DNA of 64,000 nucleotides from an uncultured Gemmatimonadales bacterium (GCA_963695555.1 CAVOGR010000001.1:544001-608000); one strand, 5' to 3'. Positions 1 to 9,751 are shown, counted from the first letter of the stretch. Notes: generated by a model from the sequence alone, not told the origin. Numbers and translations are program-made.

Positions 1-706
1 GTTCAAGGAGGCCGACTACGCGGCAACACAAGCCGCGCTGGACGCGGCGCGAACACGGCGCCACGAGGCGGAGAAAGATGTGGTCCGCACACGGACGGAG
101 CTGGCGGCCGCGGAAGAGGCTGTCGCAGCCGTCGAGCGGCGCCGGCGCGAGCGAGCCGAGCTCAGCCTCCGCGCCAAGCAGGCGGCTGCCGATCTTCTGC
201 TCTACCAAGAGCTCGACCGCGCCCTGACCGATCTTCGCACCGATCTCAACGCCACACTCCGGCCGGAGCTGTCAGACCTGGCCTCGGTGTTCCTGCGAGA
301 GCTGACCAATGGTCGGTATTCGGACTTGGAGCTCGACGAAGACTATGTGGCGACGATCCTGGAAGATGGCGAGGCCAAGCGCGTCATCTCGGGCGGGGAA
401 GAGGACGTGGCCAACTTGGCGCTCCGCTTGGCGATCAGTCAGATGATCGCCGAGCGCGCGGGTCAACCACTCTCGCTCCTGGTGTTGGACGAAATCTTCG
501 GCTCGCTCGACGAGGAACGACGCGCGGCCGTCGTCGAGCTTCTGCGGGGCCTGGCCGACCGGTTCCCGCAGGTCATCCTCATCACGCACATCGAATCGGT
601 CAACGAAGGATTCGATCGCGTGATTCGGGTCGAGTTCGATGCGTCACGGGGCGTGTCGGTCGTGAGGGAACCCGCCGCCGAGGAGTTGGCCCATGCCGCG
701 GCCTAA
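1..706 (+). CDS. sbcC: SMC/SbcC (Rad50-like) ATPase, C-terminal part (5' truncated by window edge)
   Basis: Coiled coil followed by signature-like ISGGEE, Walker B/D-loop LLVLDEIFGSLD and H-loop ILITH. Confidence 0.75.
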   Translation, partial: FKEADYAATQAALDAARTRRHEAEKDVVRTRTELAAAEEAVAAVERRRRERAELSLRAKQAAADLLLYQELDRALTDLRTDLNATLRPELSDLASVFLRELTNGRYSDLELDEDYVATILEDGEAKRVISGGEEDVANLALRLAISQMIAERAGQPLSLLVLDEIFGSLDEERRAAVVELLRGLADRFPQVILITHIESVNEGFDRVIRVEFDASRGVSVVREPAAEELAHAAA

Positions 707-1655
707 GCGGCAGCTCGTGCAGGGGCCCGGTCCAGCGACGGTGGCCGACATTGAGCCCTTGAATGATCTGTTCTCGCGCTCGTTTACCGACCGATACCGG
801 CGCGATGGGATGGCCGGCGTGCGCGTCCCGCGTCTCAATCCCGAGATCTGGCGTTATGCGATCGAGGACGCTGCCGACGGTGCCATGCTATGGCGCGACG
901 CCGGCGGGCAGATTATCGCGTTCAATGTGGTCCACCGGTCGGGCTCCGAGGGGTGGATGGGACCCTTGGCGGTGCGTCCGGACCGCCAGAGTGAAGGGCT
1001 CGGCAAGCAAATCGTGCAAGCGGGAATCGATTGGCTCATGCGGCAGCGGGTTTCGACCATCGGGTTGGAGACCATGCCGCGAACCGTCGAAAACATCGGT
1101 TTCTACAGCCGCCTCGGCTTCATCCCCGGCCATCTGACCATCACGGTGGTCCGGGACGTGGTGCGGCGCCAGCGGGCGCCGGGAGTGTTGTTATCGTCGC
1201 TTGGTAAGCGCGAGGAGGCGGTGGTGTCCGAATGTCGCCGCCTGACCAACTCGCTTGCCCGCGGGACCGATTACACCCGTGAGATCGAATTGACCGCCCG
1301 GCTCGGCATCGGGGATACGTCCGTCGTAACCCGTGAGGGTGCCGTCACCGGGTACGCCCTGTGGCATTCGGCGCCGCTCGCTGAAGGTCGCGCTCGCGAC
1401 GAGTTGCGGGTGCTCAAGGTGGTCGCCGCAGACCTTGCGGTGTTCGAACAGCTCGTCGTTGACGTGCAGGCCCGTTGTCATGCCGCCCGTATGCGGCGCG
1501 TCAGCATTCGCTGCCCATCCCGGTATGCCGACGCATACCGGCTGGTATTCGATCATGGATTCCAGACACACTGGACCGACTTGCGGATGACGCTGGAATC
1601 GTACGGCGAAGTCCTGCCGCGGACGGGGGTCGTGTTTTCCAATTGGGAGATCTGA
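693..1655 (+). CDS. GNAT family N-acetyltransferase (probably tandem GNAT domains)
   Basis: LAVRPDRQSEGLGK acetyl-CoA motif and NIGFYSRLGF; overlaps the upstream stop. Confidence 0.8.
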   Translation: MPRPKRQLVQGPGPATVADIEPLNDLFSRSFTDRYRRDGMAGVRVPRLNPEIWRYAIEDAADGAMLWRDAGGQIIAFNVVHRSGSEGWMGPLAVRPDRQSEGLGKQIVQAGIDWLMRQRVSTIGLETMPRTVENIGFYSRLGFIPGHLTITVVRDVVRRQRAPGVLLSSLGKREEAVVSECRRLTNSLARGTDYTREIELTARLGIGDTSVVTREGAVTGYALWHSAPLAEGRARDELRVLKVVAADLAVFEQLVVDVQARCHAARMRRVSIRCPSRYADAYRLVFDHGFQTHWTDLRMTLESYGEVLPRTGVVFSNWEI

Positions 1656-1659
1656 CGCG

Positions 1660-1806
1660 TCACGCGCGCAGGGCCCACCATCGGACCAGGAGTACGGCGC
1701 CAAGGGCAAGCAGGAGATGCACGGCGCCGATCCCGACTGGCACGACGAAGCCAACCACGACCCACGCCGCAAGGCAGACGAGAGCAATCGCGAGTGTCGC
1801 ATTCAT
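1660..1806 (-). CDS. 48-aa two-helix membrane protein, lmo0937/DUF5670-like (absent from the ORF track)
   Basis: Hand translation MNATLAIALVCLAAWVVVGFVVPVGIGAVHLLLALGAVLLVRWWALRA; hydrophobic hairpin with the W..GF..HLLL pattern; fills the intergenic gap exactly. Confidence 0.7.
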   Translation of the reverse strand: MNATLAIALVCLAAWVVVGFVVPVGIGAVHLLLALGAVLLVRWWALRA

Positions 1807-1827
1807 AGGACAGTCCGAGTGATGTTA

Positions 1828-1856
1828 TTGACGCGTTGCCACCCGGGTCATATCTT
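1828..1856 (+). promoter_or_regulatory. sigma70 promoter TTGACG-N17-TATCTT driving the 6S-like RNA
   Basis: Near-consensus -35 and -10 with 17-nt spacer; predicted +1 (~1862-1863) matches the 5' end of the RNA stem. Confidence 0.8.
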
Positions 1857-1861
1857 AGTTT

Positions 1862-2024
1862 GTCAGAACGGTAATGGGGAGACACAATTATTGAGCCAAC
1901 AGTCCGATCGCGGGCCCGAATACCGAGGTTGATGTCATGCCCCTACGGGGGAAGGCAGATGTCTAGGCGAGGGTGCCAAGCAATTCGATCCGGGCTTCAA
2001 TAATCCTCTTCGTTGCCGTTCGAC
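1862..2024 (+). ncRNA. ssrS: 6S RNA (SsrS)
   Basis: Rod-like fold: 1866-1881 pairs with 2006-2021 (four G-U pairs fix the + strand), ATTATTGAGCC pairs with GGCTTCAATAAT, apical CCCCTACGGGG hairpin. TGAGCCAACA and GGGCTTCAA resemble conserved 6S segments. Flanked by its own promoter and terminator. Confidence 0.8.
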
Positions 2025-2030
2025 CAGATT

Positions 2031-2058
2031 GCGCCGATCGTCCTGGTCGGCGCTTTTT
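2031..2058 (+). terminator. Rho-independent terminator after 6S RNA
   Basis: GCGCCGATC-gtcct-GGTCGGCGC stem followed by TTTTT. Confidence 0.8.
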
Positions 2059-2097
2059 GTTCGTATCGTATCCACATTCTCATTCCAGCGAGGCGCG

Positions 2098-2511
2098 ATG
2101 CCGACCTGCACCGTAACGCGCCGAGTGCACTTCAATGCCGCGCACCGGCTCCATAACCCCGCGCAGTCCGACGAGTGGAACCGGAAGACGTTCGGCGCGT
2201 GTAACAATCCGAATTATCATGGACACAACTACGAGCTCGAGATAACGGTCGGGGGGGACATCGACCCTGCAACCGGCTATGTCCTCGATATCAGCGTGCT
2301 CAAAGCCATTGTCGATGAGCGGGTTGCTCAGGTCCTCGACCACAAGAATCTCAATTTGGACGTCCCCTGGTTCCGGGACCATATTCCATCCGCGGAAAAC
2401 ATTGCAGTGTTCTGCTGGGATCAGATCGCGCCCCGGCTTCCGGCCGGGCATTTGGTCCGAGTGCGACTCTGGGAAACCCCGAGGAACTATGTCGATTATC
2501 GAGGAGCGTGA
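2098..2511 (+). CDS. queD: 6-pyruvoyl-tetrahydropterin synthase (QueD/PTPS family, PTPS-II type C-X5-HGH motif)
   Basis: [35 protein letters not shown]. Confidence 0.9.
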   Translation: MPTCTVTRRVHFNAAHRLHNPAQSDEWNRKTFGACNNPNYHGHNYELEITVGGDIDPATGYVLDISVLKAIVDERVAQVLDHKNLNLDVPWFRDHIPSAENIAVFCWDQIAPRLPAGHLVRVRLWETPRNYVDYRGA

Positions 2512-3094
2512 GCGCAAGACCTCCATGCCGCTGCCCATCTCGGAACACGTGCACCAGATGATCCTGGCGTTGGGTGAGGATCCACAGCGCCCGGGTCTCC
2601 TGAAGACCCCGGAGCGGGTCGATGCCGCGTTACGCTGGCTGACGCAGGGCTACACCATGTCCGTGGCCGACGCGGTGGGAGACGCGGTGTTCGAGGAGGC
2701 GCACGAAAGCATGATCATGGTGCGCGACATCGAGCTGTACTCACTCTGCGAACATCACATGCTGCCGTTCTTCGGCCGCGCCCATGTGGCCTATGTCCCC
2801 AACGGACGCATCGTCGGACTCTCCAAACTGCCACGGTTGGTGGACATCTTCGCCCGCCGGCTCCAGGTCCAGGAACGGATGACCGACCAGATCGCCGATG
2901 CCCTCATGGGCGTGCTCAATCCGCGCGGCGTCGGCGTGGTCATCGAAGCCGCCCACCTCTGCATGATGATGCGGGGCGTCCAGAAGCAGAATTCCAAGAC
3001 CGTGACCAGCGCCATGCGCGGCATCTTCAGGGACGATCCCAAGACCCGAGAGGAGTTTCTGAGCCTGGCCCACGGGGGCATCTTCAGCGAGTGA
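2489..3094 (+). CDS. folE: GTP cyclohydrolase I (start 2489 or 2525)
   Basis: [50 protein letters not shown]. Confidence 0.95.
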   Translation: MSIIEERERKTSMPLPISEHVHQMILALGEDPQRPGLLKTPERVDAALRWLTQGYTMSVADAVGDAVFEEAHESMIMVRDIELYSLCEHHMLPFFGRAHVAYVPNGRIVGLSKLPRLVDIFARRLQVQERMTDQIADALMGVLNPRGVGVVIEAAHLCMMMRGVQKQNSKTVTSAMRGIFRDDPKTREEFLSLAHGGIFSE

Positions 3095-3783
3095 GCGACC
3101 TGACCAACCGGATGGCCGTGGTGACCGGCGCATCCCGCGGGATCGGTGCCGCGACCGCCCAGCTCCTCCGGGCTCGGGGCGCGCGGGTCGTCGGCCTCGC
3201 TCGCTCCCTGACCCCCCGGCTGGACGAACAGTGTTGGGATGTGCCGTGTGACCTGACCGATGCCGGTGCGCTCGCTCGAGCCGCTCAGGCCGTGCTCCAC
3301 GACTGGGGCGCGCCAGACATCCTGGTGAGCAACGCCGGGGCCTTCCTCCTCCGGCCCTTCGAGGACACGCGGCCGGAGGATCTCGAGACCCAGATCGCCA
3401 CCAACCTGCGGGTGCCGTTCGCGGTGGCCCAGGCCTTCCTGCCCGCCATGCGCCGCGCGGGAGGCGTTGTGATCCACGTTGGGAGCGTTGCGGACCATGT
3501 GGGGTTTCCCGAGAACGCCGCCTACGCCGCCTCCAAGTTCGCCCTCCGTGGGCTTCACGAAACGCTGGTCGCCGAGTATCGGGGCAGCGGCATTCGGTTC
3601 TGCCTGGTGTCTCCGGGGCCAACCGATACCGCCGCGTGGGACCCGGTCGATCCGGATCACCGCGACGGGTTCATCCCGCGTGCCCGCATGCTCCGCCCGG
3701 ACGATGTCGCCGAGGCGATCGCCTTCGTCGCCGCCCGGCCCCCCCACGTGCAGGTCGACTGGCTCCGACTCGGCCCGGCTTGA
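3091..3783 (+). CDS. SDR family oxidoreductase (possible sepiapterin/pterin reductase)
   Basis: [16 protein letters not shown]; translationally coupled to folE. Confidence 0.85.
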   Translation: MSDLTNRMAVVTGASRGIGAATAQLLRARGARVVGLARSLTPRLDEQCWDVPCDLTDAGALARAAQAVLHDWGAPDILVSNAGAFLLRPFEDTRPEDLETQIATNLRVPFAVAQAFLPAMRRAGGVVIHVGSVADHVGFPENAAYAASKFALRGLHETLVAEYRGSGIRFCLVSPGPTDTAAWDPVDPDHRDGFIPRARMLRPDDVAEAIAFVAARPPHVQVDWLRLGPA

Positions 3784-3814
3784 CCATGCGCCCGCACCCA
3801 TGTTGAATGGAACC

Positions 3815-5380
3815 ATGAAACCCCTCGCCGTCCTCGGCCTGCTCGTCTCCCTGGCGGCTCAGGCCCAGTCCCAGGCCTCACTTCCCGCGCTGCCGGACCC
3901 GGACGGGTTCGGTCTCCACGTGCTGGAGGTCGCAACCGATCCTCGTAACGGCGTCTGGGTCGGGACCTATGGGCACGGGATCTACGCGCTGCGGCCCGGC
4001 TCCACTGAGTGGGAAGCGATCCGCCACGATACCACGGCGACGTCCATCTCGTGGGATTTCGTGCACGCGATCGCCTTTGGGCCCCGGGGACAGATTTGGT
4101 ACGGCACGATCGGTAATGGCTGGGGACTGTCACTCGACGGCGGCAAGACCTGGCGGAACTGGACCTTTCAAGAACTCGGTCCGGAGTGGCAGTATGTTGC
4201 TCCGTCGGGAATCGTTACCTCCGGTGATACGACGTGGGTAGCAACCGCCGACGGCATTCAGTTCACGACCAACGACGGGACCTCGTGGACCGCCATCGTG
4301 GATTCCACAGGACCCGTCTCACTTGGGCCCGCCGACACCGCGCTCAGGCTCCTGCCCAATGAATACGTGCAACGCATATCGGCGACGCGGCGCGGCCTCG
4401 TCATCTCGGCGCTCGGGGGCAACGTCCGCCTGCGGCGCGGACGAGCGGGGGAGTGGCAATCTCAGCGCCTCTCGTTTGCACCGTTTGCTCCGCTCAACGG
4501 TGCCCTGATCGGTGGCGCCCTGATCAAAGGGCGCCCGTGCGGACTCCGCCCCGCTGCCGACACGGTGCCGTGTATCAATCGTAGAGCGCCGTCCGCCGGA
4601 ACGCCCCGGTGGCCCCAGACGAACTGGTTCATCCGACCGATCGCGCCGGAATACAACGATAAGATCGATCAGACCTACCGGTACGGGTCGACCATGGGCG
4701 GCAACTTCCAGGAACACCAGGGCGTCGAATTCAACGACCCCGACGGCACACCGGTCCGTGCCATCGGCTCCGGGGTCGTGGCCTATGCCGGGCCGGCGGA
4801 GGCAGGCGCGCTCACGGTTGCCATCCGACACGACACGACGCTGAGCGCCGATCGTGCGCGCCGCCACATCTTCTCGACTTACTATCACAACTCGGAGCTT
4901 CGCGTGCGGGGAGGACAGCGGGTGAGCGCCGGAGACGTGATTGCCATGGTCGGAAACACCGGCCGGGCCACCAACGACCATCTCCATCTGGAAATCCATG
5001 CGGCCCCGACCACGGATGTCCGATCAATCGTCGACTCCCTCGAGCGTTTCCCGGCCTTCACCACCAATCCCGAACTCTGGTTGAAGCCGCTGCCGGGAAC
5101 GGGCACTGTTGCCGGGCAGGTGTTGGACCACGCCGGCCGGTTGGTAGCCCAGGCCCGCATTTACGGCATCGTGAAGCTGGAGCCGCCGGAGACGCCGCTA
5201 TCCTTTGTGGAGACCTACGGCACCCACGCGCACCCCCATCCACTGTATCTCGAGAACTTCGCGATCGGTGATGTGCCGGAAGGGACCTACGTCCTGGGGA
5301 CCGAGATAGCGGGCCGTCAGGTCTACCGTGAGGTTGTGGTCGAGGCCGGGAAACTGACCTGGGTCGTGTTCAAGCCCTAG
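3815..5380 (+). CDS. Secreted M23 family peptidase with N-terminal beta-propeller/BNR repeats and C-terminal carboxypeptidase-regulatory-like domain
   Basis: Signal peptide; SLDGGKTW and TNDGTSW Asp-box repeats; HQGVEF...YYHN...GNTG...HLHLE. Confidence 0.8.
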   Translation: MKPLAVLGLLVSLAAQAQSQASLPALPDPDGFGLHVLEVATDPRNGVWVGTYGHGIYALRPGSTEWEAIRHDTTATSISWDFVHAIAFGPRGQIWYGTIGNGWGLSLDGGKTWRNWTFQELGPEWQYVAPSGIVTSGDTTWVATADGIQFTTNDGTSWTAIVDSTGPVSLGPADTALRLLPNEYVQRISATRRGLVISALGGNVRLRRGRAGEWQSQRLSFAPFAPLNGALIGGALIKGRPCGLRPAADTVPCINRRAPSAGTPRWPQTNWFIRPIAPEYNDKIDQTYRYGSTMGGNFQEHQGVEFNDPDGTPVRAIGSGVVAYAGPAEAGALTVAIRHDTTLSADRARRHIFSTYYHNSELRVRGGQRVSAGDVIAMVGNTGRATNDHLHLEIHAAPTTDVRSIVDSLERFPAFTTNPELWLKPLPGTGTVAGQVLDHAGRLVAQARIYGIVKLEPPETPLSFVETYGTHAHPHPLYLENFAIGDVPEGTYVLGTEIAGRQVYREVVVEAGKLTWVVFKP

Positions 5381-5413
5381 GCTGCGAGCAGCCGCTGCCT
5401 GGTCGAGACCGCT

Positions 5414-5998
5414 CTGTTCATCGAACTCACTGACTTACTGCGCTGCCCGGCGGACCATGCCGAGCAATTCCTCGTGCTGCTTCCGGACACGATGGCCGAG
5501 CGGTCGGTCCAATCCGGACGCCTCGGCTGCCCGGTGTGTGGCAAGACCTACGCAATTGCGGATGGCGTGGCCCGTTTCGATGCACCGCCACCCGTCGCCG
5601 TGACCGACTCCGTGCTGACCACCACGGCGCTCGAGGCTCTGGTAGGGCTGTCCGGCCCTGGGGGGTATGTGGCGCTGGTCGGCGTGGCTGACGCCCTCTG
5701 CCGCGGTCTCGCGGATCGGATCGATGGGGTGCACCTGGCCAGCATCAATCCGCCCGTGCACTCCCGGGAGACGCCGGCGATCAGCGTCCTCGAAGCCATT
5801 TCCATTCCGCTCAAGTCGCGCTCGGTTCGGGCTGTGGTCCTCGGCTCAGGCTACGCCGCCGAGCCCCACTGGCTCGCGGAGGCCCGGCGGGTGCTGCTGC
5901 CCGGGCTCCGGGTGGTGGGTGAAGGGCCCGTTCCGACCGTTGGGGGCCTCGAGGTGATTGCGAGCGCCGGAGGCGTCTGGGTGGGGCTTCCGACCTGA
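5414..5998 (+). CDS. Trm112-like Zn-ribbon protein with degenerate methyltransferase-like C-terminus (probable CTG start)
   Basis: (L)FIELTDLLRCPADH...GRLGCPVCGKTYAIADGV; in-frame stop at 5378-5380 bounds the N-terminus. Confidence 0.6.
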   Translation: MFIELTDLLRCPADHAEQFLVLLPDTMAERSVQSGRLGCPVCGKTYAIADGVARFDAPPPVAVTDSVLTTTALEALVGLSGPGGYVALVGVADALCRGLADRIDGVHLASINPPVHSRETPAISVLEAISIPLKSRSVRAVVLGSGYAAEPHWLAEARRVLLPGLRVVGEGPVPTVGGLEVIASAGGVWVGLPT

Positions 5999-6005
5999 CC
6001 GGCCG

Positions 6006-7859
6006 TCATTCCTCCCGCGCGGTACCGAGAATGTCGTGCTCGCCGCCCACCGGCTCGGCGTAGAGCGCCTCGACGCGCTCCGCGTAGCGCTGTTCGACGG
6101 CGCGGCGTTTGACCTTGAGGGTCGGCGTCATGAGCCCGTTCTCGACCGTGAAGTCCTCGCTGACCAGCAGCAGTTTCTTCGGCACCTCGAACTGCGCCAG
6201 ATCGCGGAGGCTTTTCTTGATTTCACCCTCCATCTTGTCCCCCACTTCACGAAGCGCTATTAGCGCGTCGTGATCCTCGGTGGGAATCCCTTGCGTGTCG
6301 GCCCACGCGGTGAGGGCGCCGAACTCCGGCACGACGAGCATGATGGGGTACCGCCGTCCGTCACCCAACATCACCGCATTCAACACGAAGCGGTTGGTTT
6401 TGAGGAGATTTTCGATCGGCTGCGGCGCGATGTTCTTGCCGCCCGATGTGACGATCAAATCTTTCTTCCGGTCGGTGATCTTCAAGTAGCCGTCGGCGTC
6501 GAGGTCGCCAATGTCGCCGGTGTGAAACCAGCCATCCGGCTCGAGAACCTCGGCCGTCGCCTCGGGCATCCGATAGTAGCCCCGCATCACACTGGGACCC
6601 CGGCAAAGAATCTCGCCATCTTGGGCGATCTTGACCTCCACGCCGACGATCGGCCGACCAACGGTCCCGAGCCTGGTATGCGCAAACGTGTTGACCGCAA
6701 TCACGGGCGATGTCTCGGTCAGGCCGTATCCCTCGAGAATCGGCAGGCCGGCCGCGTGGAAGAACCGCGCGATGTCGGCGGACAGGGGCGCACCCCCTGA
6801 CACGAAGAAGCGAATGCGCCCTCCGGTTCGTGCCCGGAGTTTGGCGAAGACCAGTTGGTCTGCGATCGCTTTCTTCACGGTGAGGGCCGTGGGAATGGGC
6901 TGCCCGCCCAACGACAGATCGACCCAGCGTTCCGCGGTCCGCTTTGCCCAGAAGAAGATGCGTCGCTTGAACGTGGAGCCTGACATGCCCGCCTCGACCA
7001 CGCGGGCATAGATCTTCTCGTACAGGCGGGGCACCGCCAGCATGACCGTCGGCCGGCGCTCGAGCATGTCGCTCGACACGGTGTCGATGCGCTCGGCGTA
7101 ATTGATCACCACCCCGGCGGCCATCATGCAATAATGACCGGCCATGCGCTCGAATACGTGCGAGAGTGGCAGAAAGGACAGACACTCGTCGGTCTCCCTC
7201 AGGTCCAGGGCCTGGAGCCCCGCCACGACGTTCTCCGTCAGGTTACCGTGGGTGAGCATGACCCCCTTGGGGTTTCCGGTCGTCCCGGAGGTATAAATGA
7301 GGGTCGCGAGGTCGTCCGGGGTGGCCGTGCGGGCTTGGGCTTCCCACTCCTGGGTGGAACCGGTCGCGGTGCCCCTCGCCATGAGGTCGTCGAACCCGAG
7401 CACGCCCTCGCCGGCAAGGTTTGGGTCGAATGCAATGACGTGCCGCAGGGTAGGGATGCGGTCGCGGATCTCGAGCACCTTGGCCAGCTGCTCGGTGTCC
7501 GAGACGAAGATTGCAACCGCACCAGAATCGGTGAGGATATACTCGACCTGCCGCGCGGGCAGGGTTGGATAAATCGGCACATCGGCGCAGCACGCCGTGA
7601 GACAGGCATAGTCGCCGATCGCCCATTCCGGCCTATTCCCGGAGAGGATGGCGATATGGGAGCCGGGCGTTATCCCGAGTGCCATCAACCCGCGGCTCGT
7701 CGCTTCGACATCGTGGCGCAGCTGTGCGTACGATCGTTCGACCCAACGCCCCCCTACCTTGGTGCGCATCGCGACGGGACGAGCGGCGTATCGCTCGATG
7801 CTCTGAAAGAAGAGATCGTTCAGTGTGGCTGGAGTAGGCGGCAATCGGCCTCCTGGCAA
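6006..7859 (-). CDS. fadD: Long-chain fatty acid--CoA ligase (AMP-binding)
   Basis: YTSGTTGNPKG, GYGLTET, GWFHTGDIG, DRKKD, TPTLKVKR. Confidence 0.92.
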   Translation of the reverse strand: MPGGRLPPTPATLNDLFFQSIERYAARPVAMRTKVGGRWVERSYAQLRHDVEATSRGLMALGITPGSHIAILSGNRPEWAIGDYACLTACCADVPIYPTLPARQVEYILTDSGAVAIFVSDTEQLAKVLEIRDRIPTLRHVIAFDPNLAGEGVLGFDDLMARGTATGSTQEWEAQARTATPDDLATLIYTSGTTGNPKGVMLTHGNLTENVVAGLQALDLRETDECLSFLPLSHVFERMAGHYCMMAAGVVINYAERIDTVSSDMLERRPTVMLAVPRLYEKIYARVVEAGMSGSTFKRRIFFWAKRTAERWVDLSLGGQPIPTALTVKKAIADQLVFAKLRARTGGRIRFFVSGGAPLSADIARFFHAAGLPILEGYGLTETSPVIAVNTFAHTRLGTVGRPIVGVEVKIAQDGEILCRGPSVMRGYYRMPEATAEVLEPDGWFHTGDIGDLDADGYLKITDRKKDLIVTSGGKNIAPQPIENLLKTNRFVLNAVMLGDGRRYPIMLVVPEFGALTAWADTQGIPTEDHDALIALREVGDKMEGEIKKSLRDLAQFEVPKKLLLVSEDFTVENGLMTPTLKVKRRAVEQRYAERVEALYAEPVGGEHDILGTAREE

Positions 7860-7914
7860 TGAAGGGCCGGGCTCCGTACCAACAGGCCGACCGTGGACTT
7901 CGATTCCAAGGTTG

Positions 7915-8628
7915 TCAGGGCTCGATCCGGACTATGAAGCGCTGGCCCGAACCGGGCACCGGCACCGTGCCCCGGGTCCGGAACGCCCGCACCTCGACGA
8001 TGGCGCTGTCCGGTTGCGCAACGCCCGGTACACGGCTCAAGGTCACTGCCGGACTCGGCATCCCGTCCGATCCGGTCGTCACGGTATCCAGTACCACACC
8101 GCCCGGCAACTCCACGGTTCGGTCCGCCGGAGTCGGAAACACTGGTTCGATGATCTCGTAGATGATGGTCCCACCCGTGACGGTGGCGGTATCGTTTCCG
8201 GAATAGGTATTCAGCTGGGTTGCGAGCGCCGGCGACGTGTTGTCGCCAGTGGCGATGCGGAGCGTATCAGGTCCAACGACCGCGAGCGTGTCGGGCCGGG
8301 CCATGACCGATACCGTCACGAAATTCGAGGCAAGACTCCCTACCTGTGCTTGGACCCGGCCGGTTCCGGGCCCCACCAGCCCGGTCACAATGCCCAACGT
8401 GCTGTCCACGGCCACGGTGGTATCCGGCGTGCGCCAGACGATCGGAGCTGATGCAACCTCGTTGCCATCCCGGTCGAGCGCCCTGGCCGTCAGGTGGAGG
8501 GTATCACCAACTTCGACGGACGGGCTGACGGGTGCCAGGACCTCGAGGGAGATGACACCGTTGCTCTCGGTGATGTTGCTGCAGGCGAGGAGTACGGCGG
8601 TCAGACAGAGATAGGGCTGAGGCCTCAC
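7915..8628 (-). CDS. Lipoprotein with Ig-like domains
   Basis: GTG start overlaps the upstream TGA; LLAC lipobox; Ig-like motif VAVDSTLGIVTGL..G...V. Confidence 0.65.
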   Translation of the reverse strand: MRPQPYLCLTAVLLACSNITESNGVISLEVLAPVSPSVEVGDTLHLTARALDRDGNEVASAPIVWRTPDTTVAVDSTLGIVTGLVGPGTGRVQAQVGSLASNFVTVSVMARPDTLAVVGPDTLRIATGDNTSPALATQLNTYSGNDTATVTGGTIIYEIIEPVFPTPADRTVELPGGVVLDTVTTGSDGMPSPAVTLSRVPGVAQPDSAIVEVRAFRTRGTVPVPGSGQRFIVRIEP

Positions 8629-9071
8629 GACATTTCCGCTGCGGTCGGCGCGGCCTCGATTCGTCTCAGCGTGTTCTCCGCGTGCTGGATCCAGCGCTCG
8701 GCGTCGGGGCCCCTGGGGGGGTTCCCGAGGAATGCCCGAAGGTGAGACGTGGCTTGCCCCGTCTCGCCGCGCTTGAGCAGGAGGAACGCTACCCCGTAAT
8801 GGGCGCCTACCAAGGTCGGGTCGTGCCCCAGCGCCTTCCGGTAATGCCGGATGGCCTCCTCCGGTTGCCCCGTCTTGGTGAAGGCGATGGCCATGTTCTG
8901 GAGAATCCTGAGATCCGACGGATTGTCTCGGAGCGCGAGGCGGTACGAGGTGAGCGCCGCCTCGTAGTCTCCTTGTCGCTCCAGCGCGAGGGCTTCGTTC
9001 AGGTAGTCGAGGCGCTGGGGCCGAAGGGTCCTGCGGCCGCTGCGCCCAAACAGCCGATGCCAGAAACTCAT
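8625..9071 (-). CDS. Tetratricopeptide repeat protein
   Basis: Repeating A..G....A...Y..AL..P helical motifs. Confidence 0.8.
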   Translation of the reverse strand: MSFWHRLFGRSGRRTLRPQRLDYLNEALALERQGDYEAALTSYRLALRDNPSDLRILQNMAIAFTKTGQPEEAIRHYRKALGHDPTLVGAHYGVAFLLLKRGETGQATSHLRAFLGNPPRGPDAERWIQHAENTLRRIEAAPTAAEMS

Positions 9072-9220
9072 CGACAGCGGCCCGGCCCAATAGGGTGGGA
9101 GACGTAAGTCTGCATTAGTCATTAAGATAGTAAGAACCGCCCGAGGCCCGCAACGCGGTTGCCGCGGCCAGGGGGCCCGACTAGCTTCGAGAAGCCAGCA
9201 TCCTCACGGAGACCACCAGC

Positions 9221-9733
9221 GTGTGCCCCACTTCAGATAGCTCGCGCGGGATCATGGAAGTCGATTGGCCGTTCTTCGGAGAGGTCTGCCGAGCCCTGGC
9301 CCTCAAGGTGAGCCGAGAGTATGACCCCGAGGTCGTTCTTGGCATCGCCAAACCAGGGGTCATTCCCGGAGTGGTCGTCGCCTCGATCCTCCAGCGCGAT
9401 TTTGCCTCGATGGCGCTGACCCGGCATGAGCCGGGCGCACCGCCACAGCTCGTTGCCGGCCCGCCCGCCAGCGTGCGTGGGCGCCGCGTCCTTTTGGTCG
9501 ATGAAACCTGTAACAGCGGTGACACGATCAAGTTGGCCCTGAACGAGGTCGCGGCGCTGAATCCCAAAGAGATCCGGACCGCGGTATCGTTCCGGACCGG
9601 CCCGTATGAGCCGGACTTCTATGCCTTCGAGACGGACAAGCTCATCCTCTTGCCGTGGGACCGGGAGATCATCGAAGGCGATCAGTTGGTGCTCCGTCCT
9701 GAATATGCCCACCTGATCCAGGGCGGCAGCTAG
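9221..9733 (+). CDS. Type I phosphoribosyltransferase family protein
   Basis: PRPP-binding loop VLLVDETCNSGDT; GIAKPG; ILLPWD. Confidence 0.8.
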   Translation: MCPTSDSSRGIMEVDWPFFGEVCRALALKVSREYDPEVVLGIAKPGVIPGVVVASILQRDFASMALTRHEPGAPPQLVAGPPASVRGRRVLLVDETCNSGDTIKLALNEVAALNPKEIRTAVSFRTGPYEPDFYAFETDKLILLPWDREIIEGDQLVLRPEYAHLIQGGS

Positions 9734-9751
9734 CCAATCGGTCACCGCCGG

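Noticed and set aside
1862..2058. preQ1 or THF-type riboswitch for queD/folE
   Set aside because: No preQ1-like features seen; the end-to-end rod, 6S-like conserved segments and separate terminator fit 6S RNA better.
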